DNA of 64,000 nucleotides. Origin: an uncultured Clostridia bacterium. Lineage in GTDB: Bacteria; Bacillota; Clostridia; Christensenellales; UBA1242. The stretch is from contig CALVMU010000003.1 in NCBI GenBank assembly GCA_944348085.1, forward strand, positions 1,372-65,371, in the 5' to 3' direction. Below the pieces are notes generated by a model. That model saw nothing but the letters and a program-made list of their open reading frames with translations. It ran no database searches and was not told the DNA's origin. Below are positions 8,736 through 16,249 of this stretch, piece after piece. How positions within the stretch are numbered: position 1 is the first letter of the stretch; every line of letters starts with the position of its first letter. The position numbers were made by a program, and so were the translations under genes.

Positions 8736-8963
8736 GCACCAACTCTCGCTTAATTGCAAAAAAAACGAATACTTCTGCCGTTGTCACAGGTTGTCGTAAG
8801 AATAACAACCCTAAAAGTTATAAGGCACTCGCCTTGACCTTGACAACAAAGATTATTCGCTTACACTAGAAAAATATAGAGAAGAAAACAAAAAAGCAAA
8901 AGAGCGGATTGCGTTACGCTCTGCCAGCAACCGCTCTTTTTGCAACAAAATGCAATTAGATTA

Positions 8964-9030
8964 TTAGCGTGTGCTTGTCTTTCGGTGGAGCGAAGCGACA
9001 CCGACTTGTATATGACAAGCACACGCCTAA
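8964..9030. repeat. nested perfect hairpin (13-bp outer stem extendable to 16 bp; 6-bp inner stem)
   Basis: GCGTGTGCTTGTC (8967-8979) pairs with GACAAGCACACGC (9014-9026). Inner stem TCGGTG (8982-8987) pairs with CACCGA (8999-9004). The arm sequence recurs at 5029-5043. Confidence 0.8.
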
Positions 9031-9091
9031 CTGCCATTTTAAATAAAATTTTTAAAATTTTTATATATTCGCAACAATTTTAAAATTTTTG

Positions 9092-9100
9092 TGTTATAAT
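9092..9100 (+). promoter_or_regulatory. extended -10 promoter (TGTTATAAT) for the R-M operon
   Basis: TGnTATAAT at 9092-9100, about 70 nt upstream of the methyltransferase ATG. The -35 is weak. Confidence 0.45.
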
Positions 9101-9170
9101 GAATTTTGTATATAAAAGTAGCTGCTTTTTGTTTTCAAATATGCTATATTGTTAGTGTAAGGAGAATTTT

Positions 9171-10148
9171 ATGTTTACATATAAACTAGGTAGTTTATTT
9201 GCTGGAATTGGTGGAATAGATTTGGGATTCTTAAAAGCTGGAGTTTCTACTGCTTGGGCTAATGAAATAGACACCTATTGTGCAAAGACATTTAAATCAA
9301 ATCATTCAAATACAAATCTAATTGTTGGAGATATTTGTAATTTAAATGCAAAAGATTTAGAAAATATTGATATTTTAGCTGGTGGGTTTCCTTGTCAACC
9401 ATTTTCTATCGCTGGTTATAGAAAAGGGTTTGAAGATGATAGAGGCAACTTGTTTTTTCAAATCATTAGATTATTAAAAGAATTTAAAAATGAAAATAGA
9501 TTGCCAAAAGTTGTTTTTTTAGAGAATGTTAAAAATTTATATAATCACAATAATGGGGAAACTTTTAAATTAGTTAGAGAAGAGTTAAAAGAATTAGGTT
9601 ATCATGTGACTGAAAAAATAATCAACACTTGCGAATATGGTAATATACCTCAAAATAGAGAAAGATTATATATTGTTGGCTTTTTAGATGAAGATTGCTT
9701 TAATAGTTTTAAATGGCCAACAAAAACACCTTTAACAAATACTTTAGATAAAATAGTTGATTGGGATTCCGATGTAGATAAAAAATATTATTATACCGAA
9801 TCCACGAAGTGCTATCCTTTGCTTGCAGAAAATATTAAAAACAATCGTTCGATATATCAATTTAGAAGAGTTTATATTCGTGAAAATAAATCTGGTGTTT
9901 GTCCAACATTAACTGCAAATATGGGTATGGGTGGACATAATGTTCCTTTAATAAAAGATTCAAAAGAAAGAATAAGGAAATTAACCCCTAGAGAGTGTTT
10001 GTTATTGCAAGGATTTCCAAAAGATTTTATAATTCCAAAAGATTTGTGTGATTCAAGAGTTTATAAGCAAGCTGGTAATTCAGTTTCTGTTGAAGTTATA
10101 TATAGAATTGCAAAAGAGATTGTGAGGGTATTAAATGAAAAATGTTGA
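9171..10148 (+). CDS. DNA (cytosine-5)-methyltransferase, type II
   Basis: Canonical C5-MTase motifs: I LFAGIGG, IV GFPCQPFS (catalytic Cys), VI ENVKNL, VIII QNRERLYIVG, IX RKLTPRECLLLQGFP, X QAGNSVSV. AGGAGA RBS. Confidence 0.92.
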   Translation: MFTYKLGSLFAGIGGIDLGFLKAGVSTAWANEIDTYCAKTFKSNHSNTNLIVGDICNLNAKDLENIDILAGGFPCQPFSIAGYRKGFEDDRGNLFFQIIRLLKEFKNENRLPKVVFLENVKNLYNHNNGETFKLVREELKELGYHVTEKIINTCEYGNIPQNRERLYIVGFLDEDCFNSFKWPTKTPLTNTLDKIVDWDSDVDKKYYYTESTKCYPLLAENIKNNRSIYQFRRVYIRENKSGVCPTLTANMGMGGHNVPLIKDSKERIRKLTPRECLLLQGFPKDFIIPKDLCDSRVYKQAGNSVSVEVIYRIAKEIVRVLNEKC

Positions 10149-11292
10149 TTTTACTAAAAAATGTATTCCTTACAATCAATTAGAAGTAGAAAAATATTTA
10201 AAAGATTTAAAACTTGTTGGTTCTCTTTCTGGACTATTTTCTGATAGCGATATTCCATTATTACATTATAGGGCAACAGAAAATTTATATTGTGCAGATT
10301 TCAATGCTACAAATTTAGCAAGAGCTGATGTCTCTGCTGATGCGAAACTTAAATCGCATGGTATTGGAATTAAAACCTTTACAGAAGGAAATAAAAAAAC
10401 TTTGCAAAAAGTTGCAGAGTTTAATAGCCAACAATCTTTATATAACACATTAACAGGTGTTGATAAAGTAAAAAAAGTTGCAGAATTAAGAAATAAAAGA
10501 TTAGACTTCACAAAAGCTGCTTATGGGTTAAATGATTTAATATATCATTGTATTGTAAGAAATAAAGATGGTTTCTACCTTTTTGAAGAAACTATGAATT
10601 TTATAGACATAGATAATATTAAACTAATAAATGAGTCTCAACATACTTATATTTTTACTGATGGCATAGAAGAATATAAATTTGATTCTTCAAAAAGTAC
10701 ATTGTATAAAAGATTTATAACAGATACATATTTCGCTTATATAAAAGTAGATATTTTGACTGACCCTATTGAAGCATTAAGAAAAATATCTATAGCAAGT
10801 GAAGATGTTGTTATTGACTTTTCGCAAAGTGTCATTATTCCTTTATACTCTATGAAGAATGGAGAGAAAACTATTTTTAGTAAAAGTGGTTTAAATCAAT
10901 GGAATGCTGGTGGTAGAGTTAGAGATTATGATGAAGTTTATATTCCTTTTAATTCTACTTTAAGAGAAATGTATGAAGGTTTTTTCCCACCAAGAGATAC
11001 ACCTTTTGAAGTAACACTTCCAAATGGCGAAACAATGTCAATGAAGTTGTGTCAAGAAAACTGCAAAGCTCTTATGTCTAATCCTAATAAAGCATTGGGT
11101 AAATGGCTCTTAAGAGATGTTTTAAAAGTACCTTACGGGCAAATAATAACATATCAAGATTTATTAGAAATAGGCATTGATAGTGTTAGTTTTAAAAAAA
11201 TTGAAGATAAAAAATATATGCTAGATTTTAAAAATGTTGGAGAATTTGAAAATTTTATAAACAAAGAATATATGTCTGACATTGACAATTAA
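10135..11292 (+). CDS. putative cognate type II restriction endonuclease (385 aa)
   Basis: 14-nt overlap with the methyltransferase stop, same strand. The C-terminal part (GLNQWNAGGRVRDYDEVYIPF...LPNGETMSMKL...KALMSNPNKALGKWLL) reminds me of B3-like/EcoRII-N-type DNA-binding modules. The N-terminal part has a weak D...GIGIK element that could be a PD-(D/E)xK variant. Specificity is unknown. Confidence 0.55.
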   Translation: MKNVDFTKKCIPYNQLEVEKYLKDLKLVGSLSGLFSDSDIPLLHYRATENLYCADFNATNLARADVSADAKLKSHGIGIKTFTEGNKKTLQKVAEFNSQQSLYNTLTGVDKVKKVAELRNKRLDFTKAAYGLNDLIYHCIVRNKDGFYLFEETMNFIDIDNIKLINESQHTYIFTDGIEEYKFDSSKSTLYKRFITDTYFAYIKVDILTDPIEALRKISIASEDVVIDFSQSVIIPLYSMKNGEKTIFSKSGLNQWNAGGRVRDYDEVYIPFNSTLREMYEGFFPPRDTPFEVTLPNGETMSMKLCQENCKALMSNPNKALGKWLLRDVLKVPYGQIITYQDLLEIGIDSVSFKKIEDKKYMLDFKNVGEFENFINKEYMSDIDN

Positions 11293-11313
11293 AACATTGT
11301 TAGATAGAAATAG

Positions 11314-11345
11314 AAAACGAACCTTTTATTCAGGTTCGTTTTTTA
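11314..11345. terminator. bidirectional rho-independent terminator
   Basis: AAAACGAACC-loop-GGTTCGTTTT with flanking A and T runs, between convergent genes. Confidence 0.7.
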
Positions 11346-11370
11346 TTTAAATGTTTTAAATTATATTATT

Positions 11371-11634
11371 TTACAATTCAATTTTTGTGCTTTCAAAAGC
11401 AATTAAAAGACCTGTTTTGAATCCTTGAATATATGTATCTTCTAATTCATTTCCATGATTTTCAGCACATAAGTCAAGAAACTTTTCAAATAATTCTTTT
11501 TGCTCTTTGTTTAGTAATTTGCAAATATCATTATATAATGCTAATTCTTTATTGATATTTGGTGTAAACTTTGGATTTCGTTTGCGACTAACTTCTCCAA
11601 TATTACCATAATACAATTCTTGCAAAATATTCAT
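11371..11634 (-). CDS. small hypothetical protein (87 aa)
   Basis: AGGAGG RBS upstream of the ATG. Helical, with LYYGNIGE ... GFKTGLLIAFE. It resembles small cargo proteins of Clostridia mobile elements (from memory only). Confidence 0.5.
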   Translation of the reverse strand: MNILQELYYGNIGEVSRKRNPKFTPNINKELALYNDICKLLNKEQKELFEKFLDLCAENHGNELEDTYIQGFKTGLLIAFESTKIEL

Positions 11635-11640
11635 TTCAAA

Positions 11641-11850
11641 CCTCCTAATTAATTTAACCTTTCGGCAGTGTGAACATTAGCAAGGTTTGGTTTTGAGTAT
11701 TTATATTTGAAATCTTTAAGTAGAAGTCAATGAACTAGAAAAATATTTTTATCAAAATATATAAACTTGAACTATATAAAAAATATTTTTCCATTGACTA
11801 CTACGAAAACTTTGCTAAACACTGACAAAAAGAAAGGTTTAATTAGGGGG
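11641..11850. repeat. imperfect palindrome of about 210 bp (mirrored divergent promoter/RBS region)
   Basis: Left arm versus reverse complement of right arm share these blocks: CC(T/C)CCTAATTA, AACCTTTC, CAGTGT, TAGCAA, GTAG(A/T)AGTCAATG (11720-11732 versus 11792-11804) and AAAAATATTTTT (11739-11750 and 11779-11790). Confidence 0.7.
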
Positions 11851-11983
11851 TTGAGAATATAAGCAAGAATTATGTTTACAAACAAAAAACACCTTATCAA
11901 TTGCAATAAAGTGCTCTTTGTATAAAATTATTTCACTAGTTTCAAAAGGGATAACCTTTACATCTGCATTTTTTATTCCAAAA

Positions 11984-12643
11984 TTATTTATCTGATTTTT
12001 TGTCATCCATGCCAGTATATTTTGTTTGAAAACCTTTGTTTTCTTCTGGACGAAGAGCATTTGGGAAATAAATATCAGCTTTGATATCGCTAGTTATTTT
12101 TTGAAGCTGATTTACAACCGCATAAGGATTTTCAATATCCCATAACACAAAAGTTCTTGATTTTGTAGTGATATAAATATCTCCTACCTTACACCACCTG
12201 TCAATTATTCCCACTTTCAAATTGACTGACACAATGTCAGCATAGCTTATGTTATCCATATCTATGATAAGACCTGAACGAATGATGATTCTTTTGTTTG
12301 TGAAAGCATATTCAATATTTTTGTGTTGAGCCGAAGCAGTTAAAACATTTTTAAGCCAAATCCAAAAAGGCAACAAATGCAAAAGAAAAAAGAATACCAA
12401 AAATATTATCAGCCCAATCGGCATATCGTCAACATTTGAAGCAATAAGTCCAATAAACACTCCATCAAAAATAAGCCAAATCAAAGCAAATGGAAGCATA
12501 TTCAAAATTCTTGACCAAATGAAAGGCGCCTTTTTCGGTTTCATCCTCAGCAAGACCTCTTCATCAGTTCCAATAAAGTCGTCAATGTTGTTAATTCTCA
12601 TCGAGTTGTCTGTTTTAAAATTTTTTTCACTATATTTTGCCAT
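11984..12643 (-). CDS. membrane protein with bacterial PH (bPH_2/DUF304, YdbS/YdbT-like) domain
   Basis: Two N-terminal TM helices followed by EYAFTNKRIIIRSGLI...DNISYADI, which is typical of the bPH_2 fold. Confidence 0.55.
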   Translation of the reverse strand: MAKYSEKNFKTDNSMRINNIDDFIGTDEEVLLRMKPKKAPFIWSRILNMLPFALIWLIFDGVFIGLIASNVDDMPIGLIIFLVFFFLLHLLPFWIWLKNVLTASAQHKNIEYAFTNKRIIIRSGLIIDMDNISYADIVSVNLKVGIIDRWCKVGDIYITTKSRTFVLWDIENPYAVVNQLQKITSDIKADIYFPNALRPEENKGFQTKYTGMDDKKSDK

Positions 12644-12751
12644 AAAACTCTCCTATTTAAGTATAACATAAGAACAACTATTCCGCAAAACAATTTTATA
12701 TGTCATTGACTAATAAAATAAATTGTGTTAAAATTAAAAAAAGGAGTAATT

Positions 12752-14146
12752 ATGTTAGATAAAAATATACCAGTTGAACAAATTTTTCATTCTGGATTTG
12801 GAGAAAATGGCAGATATGTCACAATATTTTCTTCCGATCTTGACATGGATTTTATAAGATCATATATATATCCTTTTTATAATATTATAAATAAAATTGA
12901 AGATCCGTATGGTGGTGGTGTTGGACTAACAAATGATAAAAAAAAGGATGCCTTAAAATTTTTGGATGAACAATGTCTTCCGCAATATGGGACTAAACAG
13001 CAACTAAGACCAGGAGCAAAACCAAACATTTTTGGAAGATATAGAGAAACAGATTATGAAACTGTCAGCGTTCTTAACAGAAACGAAATCAAGATATTGG
13101 ATTGTTCTTCTGATCTTATATTTTTAAATGATGGAGATGACTTTCGTACCAATCCGTCAAATGCACCCTATAGAATTGCCGCTATAGAACTTTTAGATGG
13201 CAGACTGATTGTTGCCAAAGTAACATTTGTCAACAGATATTATGCAGCTCGAGAAACAAGAGTAGGCAATTCTTTGTTTCATGCTTATCTTTTCCCAAAA
13301 GGCACAAAACTTGAAGATGTTGATTGGAAAAATTTAGATTTTAAAATGACTCTAACAAAAGACGAATATGGAGATGGTAGCAATCCGTTTTATCTTCAAC
13401 CTGTAAAACAAATAAAATATGGAGATGCTTTAAAGAAAGAAAATGTGTCAACTAAGCAAAACTCCAATCAAAACACAGCGCCGCAAAAGCAACCTTCTTC
13501 AGCAGCAACAGCCAATCAAAATGATTATAAAGATGAATCCACCAAACTTTGTCAACTGTTTATGGACTCCTTATATTCCAAAGGAGAGAAAAAACAAAAA
13601 GCTGAAAAAGAGTTTAACTTAATGGTGTCTCAAGGTGCAGATATTTATGAACTTGAAAATCGACTTCTTAAAGACCAAATCCAATGCCTTACAAACAATC
13701 TTACAATAACTGATGACGATTTGCAATTCTTAGAAGATTATCAAAATAAAATTTATGCTATGAACACAGCTTACAACGATATTTTGGATATAACTAAGAA
13801 ATATCGAGATCTTCAAAATAAGAGCCAAAAGAATTTTACTGATCCTAATTGGGACAATTGGCAAACTCAGCTCTCTGAATTAGAAGAGACCATACACTAT
13901 GGCTTAAATCGCTTTTCTGCTCAGGAGCTTGAAAAAATCAAAAAACTTGCTTCCTCGCACAGAAAAGTTTTAATTAACAATGCAGTATTAAACAAGTTGA
14001 AAAAAGGCGAGAAAGTGTTAGATACAAATTCTTATTCACACCTTTCTGTTGAAGATTTAAAAACATATCAATCAACTATCAACCTAGAGAACTTTATCAA
14101 AGTAAATATCTTGCGCCGAAACAAAGCTTCAGAAAGTCAAAAATAG
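12752..14146 (+). CDS. hypothetical 464-aa protein: globular N-domain, Q/N/S-rich linker, coiled-coil C-terminal half
   Basis: GGAG RBS before ATG 12752. Followed by a clean terminator. No family recognised. Confidence 0.65.
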   Translation: MLDKNIPVEQIFHSGFGENGRYVTIFSSDLDMDFIRSYIYPFYNIINKIEDPYGGGVGLTNDKKKDALKFLDEQCLPQYGTKQQLRPGAKPNIFGRYRETDYETVSVLNRNEIKILDCSSDLIFLNDGDDFRTNPSNAPYRIAAIELLDGRLIVAKVTFVNRYYAARETRVGNSLFHAYLFPKGTKLEDVDWKNLDFKMTLTKDEYGDGSNPFYLQPVKQIKYGDALKKENVSTKQNSNQNTAPQKQPSSAATANQNDYKDESTKLCQLFMDSLYSKGEKKQKAEKEFNLMVSQGADIYELENRLLKDQIQCLTNNLTITDDDLQFLEDYQNKIYAMNTAYNDILDITKKYRDLQNKSQKNFTDPNWDNWQTQLSELEETIHYGLNRFSAQELEKIKKLASSHRKVLINNAVLNKLKKGEKVLDTNSYSHLSVEDLKTYQSTINLENFIKVNILRRNKASESQK

Positions 14147-14167
14147 CAAGCAAAAGCTTGCTTTTTT
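14145..14167 (+). terminator. rho-independent terminator
   Basis: AGCAAGC-AAAA-GCTTGCT followed by TTTTT. Confidence 0.75.
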
Positions 14168-14226
14168 GTTTGCTCTTTTCTTTGAAAAACAAGCAAGATT
14201 TGATATAATAAATCCAAGGAGACATT

Positions 14227-14931
14227 ATGAGACGGTTTTTTGGTAAGAAAAATGGCGAATTTGTGATAATTGAAAATGACGAGCTTGTCCACCTTGCAAA
14301 AGTGTTACGCAAAAAAGAAGGTGACCAAATCATTTGTTGCTCTAATGATGAATTTGACTATTATTGTCAAATTGTCAGCGTGGATAAAAAACAGTGCAAG
14401 GCAAAAATTGAAAAGGCAGTCAAATGCCCTGCTCTTCCAAACAAACAAATCACACTTTTTCAGGCTTTGCCAAAAAAGGAATATCTTGACGAGATTGTTT
14501 TTAAAGCTGTCGAGCTTGGCGTGACATGTCTTCAACTTTTTGTTTCTGAATTTTCCAACACAGGCAAAATAAATGCTGAAAGAATAAACGCTCAAATTTT
14601 GTCTGCAAGCAAACAATGTGAGCGCTCAAAACTTATGGAGAACAAACCTCTGATTGAATTTGACAAAGTGCCTGGTCAATTTACAAATTTTGATTTGGTG
14701 ATCTTTGCAAATGAAAAAGAAGAAAAAAAGACCATTTTTGATATAAAAAACATTGAAAAAGCAGAAAAAATTGCCATAGTTGTTGGAAATGAAGGCGGTT
14801 TTTCTGAAAATGAAATTGAAAGACTTTTAAACGAAAAAGTTTTCTCAATCACGCTTGGCAAACGCATTCTTCGATGTCCAACAGCCGTGACCACCATTTT
14901 GGCTTTGACAAATGCACTGACCAAAAACTAA
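14227..14931 (+). CDS. rsmE: 16S rRNA (uracil1498-N3)-methyltransferase RsmE
   Basis: MRRFF N-terminus (PUA-like), then the SPOUT C-terminal motifs VVGNEGGFSENEI and LGKRILRCPTA. Confidence 0.85.
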   Translation: MRRFFGKKNGEFVIIENDELVHLAKVLRKKEGDQIICCSNDEFDYYCQIVSVDKKQCKAKIEKAVKCPALPNKQITLFQALPKKEYLDEIVFKAVELGVTCLQLFVSEFSNTGKINAERINAQILSASKQCERSKLMENKPLIEFDKVPGQFTNFDLVIFANEKEEKKTIFDIKNIEKAEKIAIVVGNEGGFSENEIERLLNEKVFSITLGKRILRCPTAVTTILALTNALTKN

Positions 14932-14960
14932 AAAAGCGGATTAACCTTTCCGCTTTTTTA
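14932..14960. terminator. bidirectional terminator
   Basis: AAAAGCGGA-loop-TCCGCTTTT between convergent genes. Confidence 0.65.
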
Positions 14961-14967
14961 TATAAAA

Positions 14968-15312
14968 TCAACATTTAAAATCTATTTCATTATCTTGAAA
15001 TTCTTCCAAAAACTCCTCTCCGTCCTCTGTTTCTGAATTATAATTTTTCATTTCTTTTATTTTTTCTTTTATTTCTTTTTCGGTTATTTTGTCGTTTATA
15101 TATTGCGCTAACACTGGTAGTAAATATGCTCCAGCTCCAACAGCTCCCAATATAGGCACAACAGGATGTATAAAAACTCCCAAAGTCACACCTAGCGTTA
15201 CTAATGCAGCCCCAGCTGCAAGATAAAGAAATTTCTCATTCTTTAGTATTCCACCGTTCCTGCTTCTTTTTTCTTTACCATCTTTTTTATTTTTCTTATA
15301 ATTATCTGCCAT
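14968..15312 (-). CDS. small membrane protein (114 aa, 2 TM, acidic tail)
   Basis: Basic N-terminus, a G/A-rich hydrophobic hairpin and an acidic C-terminus. Confidence 0.5.
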   Translation of the reverse strand: MADNYKKNKKDGKEKRSRNGGILKNEKFLYLAAGAALVTLGVTLGVFIHPVVPILGAVGAGAYLLPVLAQYINDKITEKEIKEKIKEMKNYNSETEDGEEFLEEFQDNEIDFKC

Positions 15313-15371
15313 CGTAATTCCTCCGTGTTCTTTAAAAATATTATAACATGTTTTATAATCACTGTCAAGAG

Positions 15372-15815
15372 CTATTTTTCAATATCTTCCTGTTTTTCTT
15401 CTTCTTTTTTGCGCTCATGATAATTTTTGTAGCCAACCTTATGATTGTCGCCTTCGTCCCATTTTTTGCCTGCCGTTGCAAGAATTGTTATCATAAAGCC
15501 AACCGCAACCACCACTGCGATGATTGGAATAACTAGATTGTCAGGAATTGTTATAGCTGAAACAAGGCAAAGAACTGCACAAACGATAAGCGCAACGCCA
15601 AACCAAATTTTCAATTTTTTGACAGTGGTTACGTTTTTTTGGAAAATGCCGTTAAGCATAAAAATCAGTCCAATGCCACCGCACAAAAGCACACCTGCCC
15701 ATGCGAGCGAGAATGCTCCAAAAGTCTCTGGCATTGTAAGCGACAAAATCCAAAATACCGCTGCCGCAAGAACAACAAGTGCTCCCAAAATTTTGTAAAT
15801 AAAATTTCTGCTCAT
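15372..15815 (-). CDS. 4-TM membrane protein (147 aa), last gene of the SPFH module
   Basis: Four hydrophobic segments. 10-nt gap to the upstream gene. Confidence 0.6.
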   Translation of the reverse strand: MSRNFIYKILGALVVLAAAVFWILSLTMPETFGAFSLAWAGVLLCGGIGLIFMLNGIFQKNVTTVKKLKIWFGVALIVCAVLCLVSAITIPDNLVIPIIAVVVAVGFMITILATAGKKWDEGDNHKVGYKNYHERKKEEEKQEDIEK

Positions 15816-15825
15816 AATCTCCCCC

Positions 15826-16239
15826 TTATCTTAAAACCACATTATGTGAAACCGCCGAAATCTTTTCGCCCTCTGCCAAAACAATGTTTGAAAGATGGCT
15901 GTATTCTTTGACAATTCCGCCAACTCTCATATTGAAAGTTTTTGCGCCATCGCCTGACAAAATTGTATACTTTCCTGGCAAAAGTCCGCCTTTGCCAACA
16001 GTGTAAATTTTGCCACGCTCTAAAATCACATCACCTTTATTCAATGTTACCATAGTGGCGCCTTTTTCGTCAAGCGTCTGAGCGCTTTTTGTGTAGCGAA
16101 CACCGTCGATAACATCAATTTTGTCGACCTGCGTTTTATTTTTGTTTTTAGCTTTCCGCGCGATCACCACGATAAGAGCAATTGCAAGCACAACATTTAT
16201 CACGCCTGAAAAGATAAGTGCAATTTCAACAGTTGTCAT
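15826..16239 (-). CDS. single-pass membrane protein, YdjH-like position
   Basis: Start moved to ATG 16239 (MTTVEIALIF), which follows a GGAGGGG RBS. N-terminal TM helix followed by a beta-rich soluble domain. Confidence 0.5.
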   Translation of the reverse strand: MTTVEIALIFSGVINVVLAIALIVVIARKAKNKNKTQVDKIDVIDGVRYTKSAQTLDEKGATMVTLNKGDVILERGKIYTVGKGGLLPGKYTILSGDGAKTFNMRVGGIVKEYSHLSNIVLAEGEKISAVSHNVVLR

Positions 16240-16249
16240 CTTCCCCTCC

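Noticed and set aside
8964-9031. Hairpin read as an integron attC site. GCCTAAC at 9025-9031 fits RYYYAAC, and its complement GTTAGGC fits GTTRRRY.
   Set aside because: The partner core site at the other end (TTATTAGC) does not fit. The orientation of the core sites is inverted relative to the attC convention. There are no extrahelical bases in the perfect stem. The nearby recombinase is a truncated phage-type integrase with no evidence of the IntI-specific insertion.
11839-12060. 73-aa ORF overlapping the 3' end of the bPH-domain gene.
   Set aside because: It overlaps the better-supported 219-aa ORF on the same strand in another frame. No RBS.
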